A DNA stretch of 64,000 nucleotides. Origin: Piromyces finnis finn. Taxonomy: Eukaryota; Fungi; Neocallimastigomycota. The position numbers and the translations under genes were made by a program. The number at the start of each line of letters is the position of its first letter. The first letter of the stretch is position 1. Positions 35,978 to 47,400 of the stretch are shown here, one piece after another. The DNA lies in contig MCFH01000070.1 of the NCBI GenBank assembly GCA_002104945.1, positions 171,111 through 235,110 on the forward strand. Direction: 5' to 3'. The notes under the pieces were generated by a model that saw nothing but the letters and a program-made list of their open reading frames with translations, made no database searches and was not told the origin of the DNA.

Positions 35978-36007
<30 letters not shown>
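35449..36007 (+). mobile_element. tRNA-Ala(AGC)-derived SINE with poly(A) tail and target-site duplication
   Basis: The head keeps tRNA spacing: GCG TTTCC TTAGCAT ACATA AGGCT TCTGG TTCGACC, with B box GGTTCGACCCC at 35504-35514. A ~460-bp GC-richer body and an A tail (35981-36007) follow. Flanking direct repeat: agtaat8c (35435-35448) and agtaat7c (36008-36020). Confidence 0.85.
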
Positions 36008-36012
<5 letters not shown>

Positions 36013-38370
36013 TTTTTTTCTCCATTTTTAACCATCTTTATTAATAATAATTAAAGTTATTAGTCATCAATAATTTAAAATATATTTATACAAATATAGA
36101 AAATATGTAACACAGAAAATTAATAATAAAGTTAATTTATTATATTATTAATTATGATTGATTATAGTTAATTAAAATTTAAATTAAAAAGGTAAAATTT
36201 AATTAAAATAAATAAATGAATTTTTTTATTGTTAAGTTATTACATCTTTATTTGTGCTTATTGAAGCAAAAATACACATAAAAAAAAGGGTTAAAAGTAT
36301 TAAAAGTATTTGTAATAATAAAATAAAATAAAAGACTGGAAGGATAATTATTTATTCATTCCTACTGACAATACTTTTTTCATTTTAAATTGAAACATTT
36401 TTATATTTTAATTAAAAATATTTAATAATTTAATATATTTATATACTCTAGTCACAAAAAATTTTTTTATGCTTTATTAAATATTGCTATATAAATAAGT
36501 TTATGAAACTATCATTATATACACTGTTTTATATATATTATGTATATCTTACTAGTATTTACTAATGACCATTTTAATCATTGCTTTCAAAATTTGTATT
36601 CATAATGTAATGGTTAACATGTTCACTTATCTATAAATGTTTCTAAATAGTTACTGCCATTTTTAAAAAGATTTTTTATATAGTTTTTAATTATATTAAT
36701 TGTTATTTTCCGCTTGAAAATATTTATATTTATATTTTATATCCATTCATTTATTATTTAATTATATATAATATATTCATCCATATTTATTTCCATTCTT
36801 TATTTATATATTAAAAAAGCTTAATTCTCAATGTATTTCCAAATTTATACTTAAAGAAAATTGAAAATATGAAACATTTTCCATATATATTAATCAGGGT
36901 CTAAAAGGTTTTCTTTTATTTTTTTTTTTTATTATTTAATTTAAATAATATTAAAAGGCTAGTTTTTGTGTAATATAAACATGATTGGTACTACATTAAT
37001 TTTATTTTAAATAATAATTAGGTTTAAAGAAAAAAATACAAAATCGTCATTTCATTAAGTTCATATTAAATCTTATTAATTAATGTAAATTTAATAATAA
37101 ATTTTGAATAAATAGATAAAAAATGGGTTGGTAAAAATAAATAATAAATATATGAAATAAACCAAATAATATATTATAATTAATAGTTAATATATTAAAC
37201 TGTGTAACCATACACTTTTTAATAATACTTTTTAATCGATAATTTTAATTATAAATATATAATGAATATATTATTGATATATTATTGATATAAGATATTA
37301 TAATATTAACTAACTAGAAAAAAAAAGAGTATGTAATTAATCCTTTCAAATTGAAATATTCAAATTAAAATGAAAAGTGGGTGATAAAAGGTCTATTTTA
37401 TCAATTCAATAATAAACTATTCTAAATAAATAACGAAAATGGAAAATAAAATTTATATAAGAAAGAAAAATAAATTTTCTATTTTAATTATTAGATTTTT
37501 ATTTTCGTTATATTTTCATGACATTTTTTTTTACTATACCACATAATCATTATTTCATTTAACCATCTTTGTATATTTAATTCCTTAATTTAATTTTGGA
37601 AAAATCTTTTTTTAAATTATTTTAATAAATTTACTACAATATAATAATTCATTTTTCACATATATAAATAAAAACAATATATTTAATTAATATATTGTTA
37701 ATATATTATAAAATAATTTTGTTAGTAGTTTATATTTATTTCCCTATTTTTTAAATAACTTTTATATATAAAAATTTAAATTATGGAATAATGATTTATA
37801 TATGACAGTATATGATAGCATAAAGTATAACCTTATAATAATAATAAATAAATAAATAAAAAAAAAGAAATATATATAATATTTTTTTCTTTACTTTTTT
37901 CTTTTCACAAAAAAGAAAAAAAAGAAAAAAAAAAAAAGGAGATAGAAAAAAAAAAAATATATATATATAATTTTTTTTCTTATATAATTTCATTTTTTTT
38001 TTAATTAAAAAAAAAAAATTATAAAAATTAGTTAAGATAATAAATTAATAAAAAAGAGAAATATATAAATAACAGATAAAATAATTATTTAATATCTTTT
38101 TTGAGTACTTATTTTGTATTTATATTTATTATTTTAATTAGCTTATTTGAATTTATTTTTTTTTATTTAATAAGAACGAAAATTAATTTTTAAATATATA
38201 AATAATTAAAAAAATAATAACAACAATATAAGCAATAATAACAATAAAAAAAAATAAAAGTAATAATATAAATTTACAATAAACATTATAACATTATAGA
38301 AAAAGAAAAATTAAAATAATATAAAAAAAATAAATTTAAAGTAAACATATATAAAAAATATTGCATAATA

Positions 38371-39815
38371 ATGGAAGATAGTAGACAACAGAGACAAGAT
38401 CAACAGTATGATCAGCAATATGATCAATATGAACAACAGAAGTATTCACAAAATTCTGGGCAGTATAATCAACAAAATTATTCTTCTTATGTAAATAATG
38501 GTCAAAGAGTAGATACATCTGAAAATAATAGTGCATATAGCAATTATAATACTGAAAGAACACCAGTTGAAACAAATGTACCGGCACCAGCACCTGTTTC
38601 AGGTTCAAATACAAGTTCAGATTTTTCTTTAAGTAGTAATAGTGGTGGTGATAGCTTAAATGATAAATTATTAGAACCAATTGCTGATAAAAATTCTTTA
38701 ATTATTATTGTATTTGGAGGTGCTATATTGTTATATATTCTTATATCAGCAATAATATATATATCTTCATATATAATAAAAAATAAAGAAGATGATTTAA
38801 CTGAAGATTTTTATAAAGAAATTACTAAGGAAAAGAAAGAAAATAATCAATTCTTTATGGATCCTGCACTTCATAAAAGTCCAGCTATTAAAGCTGCTGA
38901 AGAAAATGAAGAAAAATCATATCGAAAATTTGATAACAAAGATGATTATGACCATATATGGGATAATTTTATAGTAACTGGTAAAAAAGATGATATAGAA
39001 ATTGATGTTAATAAAGGAAATGAATACCCAATAACAACACCTGTAACACCAGTATCTCCAAGTCCATTACAACAATCATTTACAAACGACTCATATAATA
39101 TGACTAGAGTTAGGGGTAATTCAGGTATATATTTTTAAGGTTTTTTAAAATATAAAAATAAAATTATTTATTTGTATTTTCTAACTAATAATATATTAAT
39201 ACAATAATAGATTCTTCAAATACAAGAAATATGGGACATCGTGAGTCAAATTCAACTTCAAGTACTGCTTCAGTATCAAACTTAATACCAAAAAACCAAA
39301 AAATAGCTAATGAAGAATATAATGAAGAAATGATACCATATGTTACTCCACCAGCTCCTGCTCATCATCAATTTCCAAATGGTAGAGCAAGTGGTCCACA
39401 AGTTAAATTTACAATGGATCAAAAATCTTCAAAACCAATTAATATTTCATCACATCATGATAATAGAAACCAATTAACAACACCAAGTCCTCATGGTAGT
39501 AATAATTGCTCACCAAGAAGCCCACAACCAAGAAGCCCACAACCAAGAAGCCCACAACCAAGAAGCCCACAACCAAGAAGCCCACAACCAAGAAGTCCAC
39601 AACCAAGAAGTCCACAACCAAGAAGTCCAAAACCAAGAGGTCCAGAGCACAAAAGCTCAAATGGAAACATGAGATCCTCATCACCACGAGTATATGAGAG
39701 TCAAGGTTCAAATGGAAGCATAAGATTATCACCAAACGTAAGAAACCCAAATCTTGAACATCATGATTCAAATGGAAATATGAGACATCAACAAAATCAA
39801 AGACCAAGATACTAA
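38371..39815 (+). CDS. Uncharacterised single-pass membrane protein with RSPQP repeats, 2 exons (38371-39124, 39211-39815)
   Basis: Two ORFs are joined in frame by a GT-AG intron with a ctaac branch site (39181). One hydrophobic segment, SLIIIVFGGAILLYILISAIIYISSYII. Confidence 0.7.
39516..39644 (+). repeat. 15-bp coding tandem repeat, (RSPQP)x7 + RSPKP + RGP
   Basis: Unit agaagc/tccacaacca read directly. Confidence 0.95.
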
Positions 39816-40684
39816 GATGCGAAAATGCAATGACAATGTAAATTTATAGATGTAATTGTTTACGTAACCAAAAAATCCTAAAACACAAATTCAATTTCAT
39901 TTTCATTATAAATTAAACATTTAATCGTATATACATAAATACATATATATTTATTTAGTTGAAATTATTAAATGATTATTATAATATCAATATAATATTT
40001 TAACTAAATATTTTTTTTTCTACGTTATCATTTTAATTATCAAAAATTTTTTAATTATTCTCACAACATAAAATATTTGGAAACAATAGAATAAAAATTT
40101 ATAAGTAGGAAGATATAAATATTAATTTTATATTTAATAAGTTAATATTTTAAAATTGTTTTTCTTTTTTTTTTTTTTTTTGTTTGCTTGGAAAAAAAAA
40201 AAAAAAGATAAAGGGAAAAACTATTTTTAATAATATATAAAAATTAGAAAAATATATATATATATTCTCTAAATTTTTTATATATATTTTATATAATTTA
40301 TATAGAAAAATTTAAAATATAAAATAAAAAAAAAAAAAGAAAGAAAAAATGATAAAAGATGTGTAATTTTTATATATACCATAAAAATCATTTTGTATAG
40401 TAATTCTTTTTTTTATAGTACATTATATTTTTTTTATTAAATTATAAAATTAAAATAAATGAATATATAGATATATTATTAAAAAATAATAATATAAAAT
40501 GAAATAAATAATAATTAAAAATAAGTTTTTTTTTTTGTTAAAATACTTTGACATTTGTTATATCAAAAAATTAAAATATTAAAAAGCAATCTATTACTTT
40601 TTTTTTTTTTTGTTTGAATTAGTATTATAAAATGAATAATCATAATATTACACAAAATTATTATACCATTAAAATATTTTATAG

Positions 40685-42962
40685 AGATAGTACTTTTTTT
40701 TATTATTCGCCTTGTTGTTATATTAATTTAAAAATAAAAGTAATTATGATACATATAAGTGGATTAATGAATAATGATAAAAAAATAATACAAATATATA
40801 CATGAAAGTAAAGTAATTTATAGATTTTTAAAAAAAAAAAACTAGATATTTACTATATAAAATACATTTAATAATAATAATTTAAATATAAAATAATATA
40901 AATAAAATAAAATAAAAATAAAAAAAGATTTATTTTATTAAATCTTTTAAGGCATCTTCAATTGGTTGATATCTTTCGGAATTAAGTTGTTCTAAGAGAC
41001 ATTCAAATGGATCGGTCTTATTACTGAGAACCATTTTTATGATTGCTGGACTGAATCCACTAACTAATGCTACCCCTAATTCATTTTCTTTAACCGGGAT
41101 AGTTCCAGTTCGACTATTGATATTCCAAAAAACTAATCTTGGAATTAAATATCCTTTGCTTTTGAATTTTCTTTTCATTATTGAGAAGAAAGCTTCTCGT
41201 TGACTACGTTGATAGCTGCCAAAATCAACCATTGAATCAAATTCCATATCTGAAAGAATAAGAATGTTAGAAGGAAGTTCTTCTTGAGGTAATTGATTAT
41301 CAACAGCAAAATCTAAAATCAAATTGAAAACAGCTTCCAAATTAGTATTACTACAATAACAATGATTATTAATAATTCTTAATTTATCTTTCAAGGTATT
41401 TGCACCACTGAGATCAACAAGACTAGGACTTGAACTAAAAGTAATATATTTGTCTTTATATCTTCCAGAACTTCTTTCAGCAAAGTATACAGCTAATGAG
41501 AATGCAACTTGCATACAAGTTACTGATGAGTTTGGAGAAGCATTGCAGCACATACTACCGGAACTATCAGCAACACAAATAGTGTTTCCATTTCCATTTA
41601 CATAATCCGGTAATCCTTTCCATAGTTCTTCCAAAGTATCATCTACGTTGTTAGATGAACCATACTTATTTACAATGTCATGAGGGAATAAGACTTGAGA
41701 ATTAATTTTAGTTTCACCCTTTTTCAACTTTTCGAGGAATTCTTTTCTTCTTATAGTATCGTTTTTGAGGAAAGCCTTATTATAAATGAGATTTGCTCTT
41801 GAAGGAACAGCAGAATAATTGATTTCACTCCATTTCTTTGCGCTCATTGAAACTTCCACTACCTTTAAGAATGATCTCATTTGAGAAAGCATCTTTCTAT
41901 ATTTCTTATCATTATATTTAAATTCATTAATTAGTAATCTTGCCAATTGTCTAGTTGTTTTTGAAGAGGTATTTATGGAAGGCATCCATTTAGCGCAAAG
42001 TGAAATAGGTTTGTTTTCACTCATATTCTTTTTATCTTCTTCGAGTTGATCCTTGATAACTTTGAAAACTTCAGATTTTAATTGACCTTTTAATAAAGCA
42101 AATAAATCATCCCAACGACCATATTCAGGAATCAAACTTAATAAAGCACGAACAATTTCTGGATGATTTTTTTCTAAATAATCTAAACAAATTCTGAAAA
42201 GTCTTCTTTCACCAACACCGCTTCTACAATCTCTAGCATAAAACAACCATTTAACAGCTAACATATTTTCTTCATTAAAAGCCTTAATATATTTTTCTAT
42301 GATTTGACTTTCATCCATATTTCTCATGGAAGAGATAGCAAAATTAATATCCAATAAATCTTTTCCAGAAGTTTTGTAACCAATAGCACCATTTTCGGTG
42401 TATGAAAGATTATTATTATCGATAGTAGCGATAGTAGCCATCATTTTAATTATTTTCAAAAATCAAAATTAAAATCAAAATTAAAATCGAAATATAAATC
42501 AAAATCAAAATCAAAATCAAAATAGGATTAACAAAATGATTTTTTTTTTTATTTTAAGTTATATTAGAATATAAAATTTATTTGATTTCTTTTTATTTAA
42601 AATGAAACCAAAAATTATTTGAATAATTTTAAAATAATTAAAACCTTTTTAAAAGTGATAAAAAATATAAGAAAGAATTGTTTTTTTATTGTTTATTTAT
42701 AATAAAATATAAATAAGCAAATAAACTAATAATTTGATGTATTTTAAAATATTTTGAAAGAAATTTTCATTATTTATATACTTTTTTTTTTCTTAGCTAT
42801 AATGTAATAATTATTATAATTAGAAAATGTGTAATATACATTTAAAGTTTTTTTTTTTGATAAAAAATTATAAAATGATCAAGTATAAAATTTTTTTAAA
42901 AATTTTTTTGCTTAACCATATAAATGTAGTAAAACCAAAAAAAAAATTATGTATGTACCACG
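40685..42962. repeat. Segmental duplication copy 1 (~2.28 kb) carrying the DUF2828 gene
   Basis: Near-identical to 50252-52529 from agatagta.. to ..atgtaccac. Confidence 0.92.
40930..42444 (-). CDS. DUF2828-family protein (TROVE-like N-terminus + vWA C-terminus), intronless, copy 1
   Basis: TENGA, LFYARDCR.G.GER..FR, IPEYGRWDDL, AKWMPS, WSEINYSAVPSRA, MIDAS-like VADSSGSM, ILILSDMEFD, FWNI and VSGFSP; first ATG at 42444. Confidence 0.82.
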   Translation of the reverse strand: MMATIATIDNNNLSYTENGAIGYKTSGKDLLDINFAISSMRNMDESQIIEKYIKAFNEENMLAVKWLFYARDCRSGVGERRLFRICLDYLEKNHPEIVRALLSLIPEYGRWDDLFALLKGQLKSEVFKVIKDQLEEDKKNMSENKPISLCAKWMPSINTSSKTTRQLARLLINEFKYNDKKYRKMLSQMRSFLKVVEVSMSAKKWSEINYSAVPSRANLIYNKAFLKNDTIRRKEFLEKLKKGETKINSQVLFPHDIVNKYGSSNNVDDTLEELWKGLPDYVNGNGNTICVADSSGSMCCNASPNSSVTCMQVAFSLAVYFAERSSGRYKDKYITFSSSPSLVDLSGANTLKDKLRIINNHCYCSNTNLEAVFNLILDFAVDNQLPQEELPSNILILSDMEFDSMVDFGSYQRSQREAFFSIMKRKFKSKGYLIPRLVFWNINSRTGTIPVKENELGVALVSGFSPAIIKMVLSNKTDPFECLLEQLNSERYQPIEDALKDLIK

Positions 42963-43842
42963 TTTTTATACTTTTTATTGTATATAATAATTAATATATC
43001 GATTATGTTATTATAAAGAAACATATATAATAAAATATAAATTAATGATAAAAGAAAACCAACTATGTTAGAAAAAAAAAATAGAATGATTAAATTTAAC
43101 AAATTGATTATATAAAGGGTTAGAAATATAGGAATTAAAATATTTTTTTTAGAATATTTAATTTTTTTACAGTCTCTAAGAATAATTGTGTAAGATACCA
43201 CTACAATTTATAGTTTTAAATTTTGTGTCTTTTTATTAGCTATTTTAAAGATACTATTTTAAATAAATATCCATTTAGGAAAAACAATAATTAATTATAT
43301 ATTTATTAAAACTATTTGACTTATTTGTTTTTACACTTTTTTATTTATATATTTTTTAAAAGAGAGTGAATATATATAAATATATTATAATTATACGATA
43401 ATAAAATAGAATTTAATAATAATATTGAATAAATAAATAATTAAATGATTTAAAGTAAAAACTTGGTTACGTTATATATTTTTTTGAAACATTAAATTTG
43501 ATAACATTAGTCAATAACAATAAAAATAATAATAATAAGTGTTTCAAAAATTACTAAAATTGAAATATTTGAGGAATTACTTTTTTTTTTATTCTATTAT
43601 AATAAATACTTTTTGGTATAAATTGTAAATCAACATATAATTATTATTTATAAAAATTCTTGATTGACTTTATCATTAAAATATTTTCAATGGAAATTTG
43701 GATATTGTTTATTATGAAAGAAATTTTATGATTTGTTTTAAATTTTATTTATTTATATTTTTTTAACAATTGCAATTAAAATATAATATATGTATTATAA
43801 AAATAGCTTGAGAGTTAAAAAAAGAAATAAAATAAATTTAAT

Positions 43843-44112
43843 TAAACACAAATAAATAAAAATGAATACATTATATTTGCATTCTAGTCATTAAATAATT
43901 AAAGTAAGGCTATTATTATACAGAAATATAAATTGTATTTAACTTCCAATGGAACTCAGATTCAAAGATCAAAAATTTACCAGGAAACAAAATCAGAATA
44001 TTCATTAGTTGTACTGGTTTTACTTGCTTGTCTTATAGTTTTTTCGGTATTGACGTTCTTAATTGTTGTTTTAAACTTTCTGAGCATTGATTATTATTAG
44101 CAGATAGCATAA

Positions 44113-44115
<3 letters not shown>
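43843..44115 (-). mobile_element. Old, diverged 3'-end fragment of the same LINE family
   Basis: 44003-44114 aligns without gaps to 44426-44537 (30 differences in 112 nt by manual count); 3' UTR blocks such as aattaaagtaag and aattgtattt.acttccaatgg are shared. Confidence 0.85.
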
Positions 44116-44166
<51 letters not shown>

Positions 44167-44402
44167 GGCATCAAATATTTTAAACTTTATTATTAATTTA
44201 ATTAAAATTATAATACATGTAATATAAAAATTAAAATAAAATAAAAATAAAAAAAAATATGTTTAAATAAACACAAATGAATAAAAATTGGGTATAATGT
44301 ATTCTAGTAATTTTAATTAAAGTAAGAAAGCCACTATCATACTAAAGTATAATAATTGTATTTGACTTCCAATGGGACACCGAGTCAAAGACCAAAATTT
44401 TA

Positions 44403-47400
44403 TCATGGGACAAAATTATGATCTCCATTGGTTGCGCTGGCCCTCCTGGCCTGTCTTACTGTTTTTTCAGCATTGACGCTCTTGGATGTTGCTTCAAACC
44501 TTTTGAACATTGACCATTGCTGGCCAATAGCAAAAGGCATGATTTTGGTTAGAAGTTCCGCGGTTACCGTCAAGAATGGTGTTCCTTCATTAGTACCAGA
44601 TTGAATCTGACGCTTACAAAGTTCTTTCCATTCCCTTGAATTGTAATTAATATTGTTAAAACTTCTTCCCCCAAGAAGGAATTTAAATATTTTACTGCAC
44701 ACACTAGAATAATCATACACATTAATATTCACCGGATTATTAGAACTATTACTATCATTAACTAAATTACTATCTAAATTAGAATTATTATCTTCACTAT
44801 TGTTATCATTACTAATATTATTATTTCTATTACTACTATTGTAATTATTACTATTGTTATTATTACTATTGTTACTATTACTATTACTGTTATTGCTATC
44901 TCTACTGATATTAACATTTTTATTATTATTGATAGGACTATTGGAATTACGTTGACTGAAAAAATTTAATAGCTGGACTATGGAATCATAATGTTTAATA
45001 CGGATATCTCTAAATGTTGGACAATCTAATAACCAATGTTTAATACTTTGAACACCACACTTGCAACATGGACAGTAGTTAGGACAAACTGGATCAACAA
45101 ATTTAGCAGCTTTGGCAACTCTAGCATCCAACTTGTATCCGCTTCTTGCTTTCAATAGCCAGTAGAAGCCATAGGCAAACTCTGGGTACTCATAACATAA
45201 TTTAATAAAATCTTTAGTTTCAATAAATTTATTATCATCATAATATTGCGCTTTGATTGAATTCCCTTTGAGATCTTTCCAATAAAAGTTTTTAATTGCT
45301 TTAACATCTCCATGCTTCTTTAGTTTTTTATCAAGTGTCCTACTTGATTTGCACCACGTGTATTTTCTAAATTTAGGAATGTAATTGACAAGGTGTGAGA
45401 TAATACAATTTGAGTTTTTCCATTTGTTAAAACATCTAACCTGAGCTAATGCACATTTGGCTGATAATGGAGGAATATTCAAATCTTTTGAAATAGAGTA
45501 TAAAGAAATAAACGATACAGCTTTATGAACTCCGGCAATCCATCGTATTCCTTTGTTAACATGCTTCTGAGCAATCCTAGACCTGGCTTTGTTGGATCCA
45601 AGTAATGGTGCAAAGTATGAAACTCTGCTAATCACTTGTGAGTTAAGTACTAGCTTTTTGAAAGGAATAGGAATATTAGGATTTCTTAAGAATTTACTGA
45701 CTGAGAAAAGCCCTTTCAAAACCTTGTTATTAAGAGCTTTAATTACTGGTTTAAGGGACAGATTCTTATCAAATGGAACACCAAGATAAGTATAACAATC
45801 AGTAGTTGGAATGGGTTGTCCTGCTAAGTAAAATGTTGGATCTCTCTTGTTCTGATTTTCTATTGATTCAGGACGAATCACCATCGTTGAACATTTCTGG
45901 ATACCAAATTCCATTTCATTATACAAGGCCCTTTCATTAACTCTTCTAAGCATCTTTTTTAAGTATCCTCTTGTTGGAGCACAAATAACTATATCATCTG
46001 CAAAAAGTCCACCACAGCATCGAGTGTCACCTAAACTGACTCCTAGATCTTCACACTCTTTAAATATATCATTAATAAAGAGATTAAAGAGAATAGGAGA
46101 AAGTGGGCAACCTTGACGGACTCCTTTCTTCACATCAAAAGATTTCGAGAATTGTCCATCTAATTTGACATTAGCCTTAGATGTTAAATATAAATTTTTG
46201 ATAAATTGTAAACTCTTACCTCGGATTCCTAAACAATCTAATTTATGGAGAATATTACCGATTGGGACTGAATCGTATGCTTTCCTGAGATCTAAAAAGG
46301 CCAAATATGTCTCTTTATTATCTAATTGACGTCTACGGCATATTTCTTGGATTGAAATGAAAAGACTGATACTTTCTTCCTTTTTTCGAAAACCAAATTG
46401 TTCAGGTCTAATGAAATTATTCTTTAAACCATATTCTGAAATTCTAGTGGTGACAATTTTGGAAATCAACTTAATACCATTATTGATAAGTGATATACCT
46501 CGATAGTTATCACAATCTGTCAAATCTCCCTTCTTAGGAATGGAAACAATACTGGATTCATTCCATGAGTTGGGGAAATCTCCATCCCAAATACGGTTGA
46601 ATAATTTAAGAATAAAATTTAAACCATGAGCATCATTATCTGAAGTAGTATTACCAGAAGAATTATTATCTGTAGCATTATTAGAATCATTACTTGATGG
46701 AACTAATGCTTTGTAAAATTCAATTGGAATACCATCCGGACCTGATGCTTTATAATTTGGAGTAGTGAGGATAGCTGACTTGACTTCATCAATACTAATA
46801 TCTTGGTTGATATCCCACTCATCAAGCATAGGAAGTGAAAAACGTTTATTCGTTGGTTCTTCATACCAATGCTCCAAATCAAGACTTACACCACTTGGGT
46901 CTGATGCAAGATTTTCGAAATGATCATGCCACACATCTAGTTGTTCTTCCGTAGCAACAACTAATTCTCCATTTTTATTTTTAATTGGTTGAGCAATAAA
47001 GAAAGAATCTTTTCCAATTTTTGCAGTTTTCTTGATCCATTTCCAGGCCTTCTTAGGATTATGACTCTTCATATACTCACATCCTGTTTTAATCCAATGA
47101 AGATATTCTTGTTTCCTAAATTCATTACATCTTTTGTGGATGTAATCAATGAGCTTACGGTAGATTTTAATTCTTTTAATAAATTCATCTATATCATAAA
47201 TTCTTTCTTTTTTAAATCTCTTATACAACTTCATTTTGATTTTTTGAAGATTAAAAATTTGTTGTGAAATATGAAATGAAGACTTTATAACATTATTTGC
47301 TGAGGTAATACTGAGCTCGTCTGCAATTGAAAAAGCAGTTGAAGTAAATTCTTTGGAAAGTTCATCTGTAGAAACATTAGGATCGTTGAATATTGCTGAA

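Noticed and set aside
35530-35980. Group I intron, RNase MRP/P RNA or hammerhead within the SINE body
   Set aside because: Isolated look-alikes (GACUA, UGGAGCUAAC, CUGAAGA) lack their required partner elements at workable positions.
40685-42962. Duplicated unit as a TIR transposon or Helitron
   Set aside because: No convincing terminal inverted repeats, TSDs or Helitron termini.
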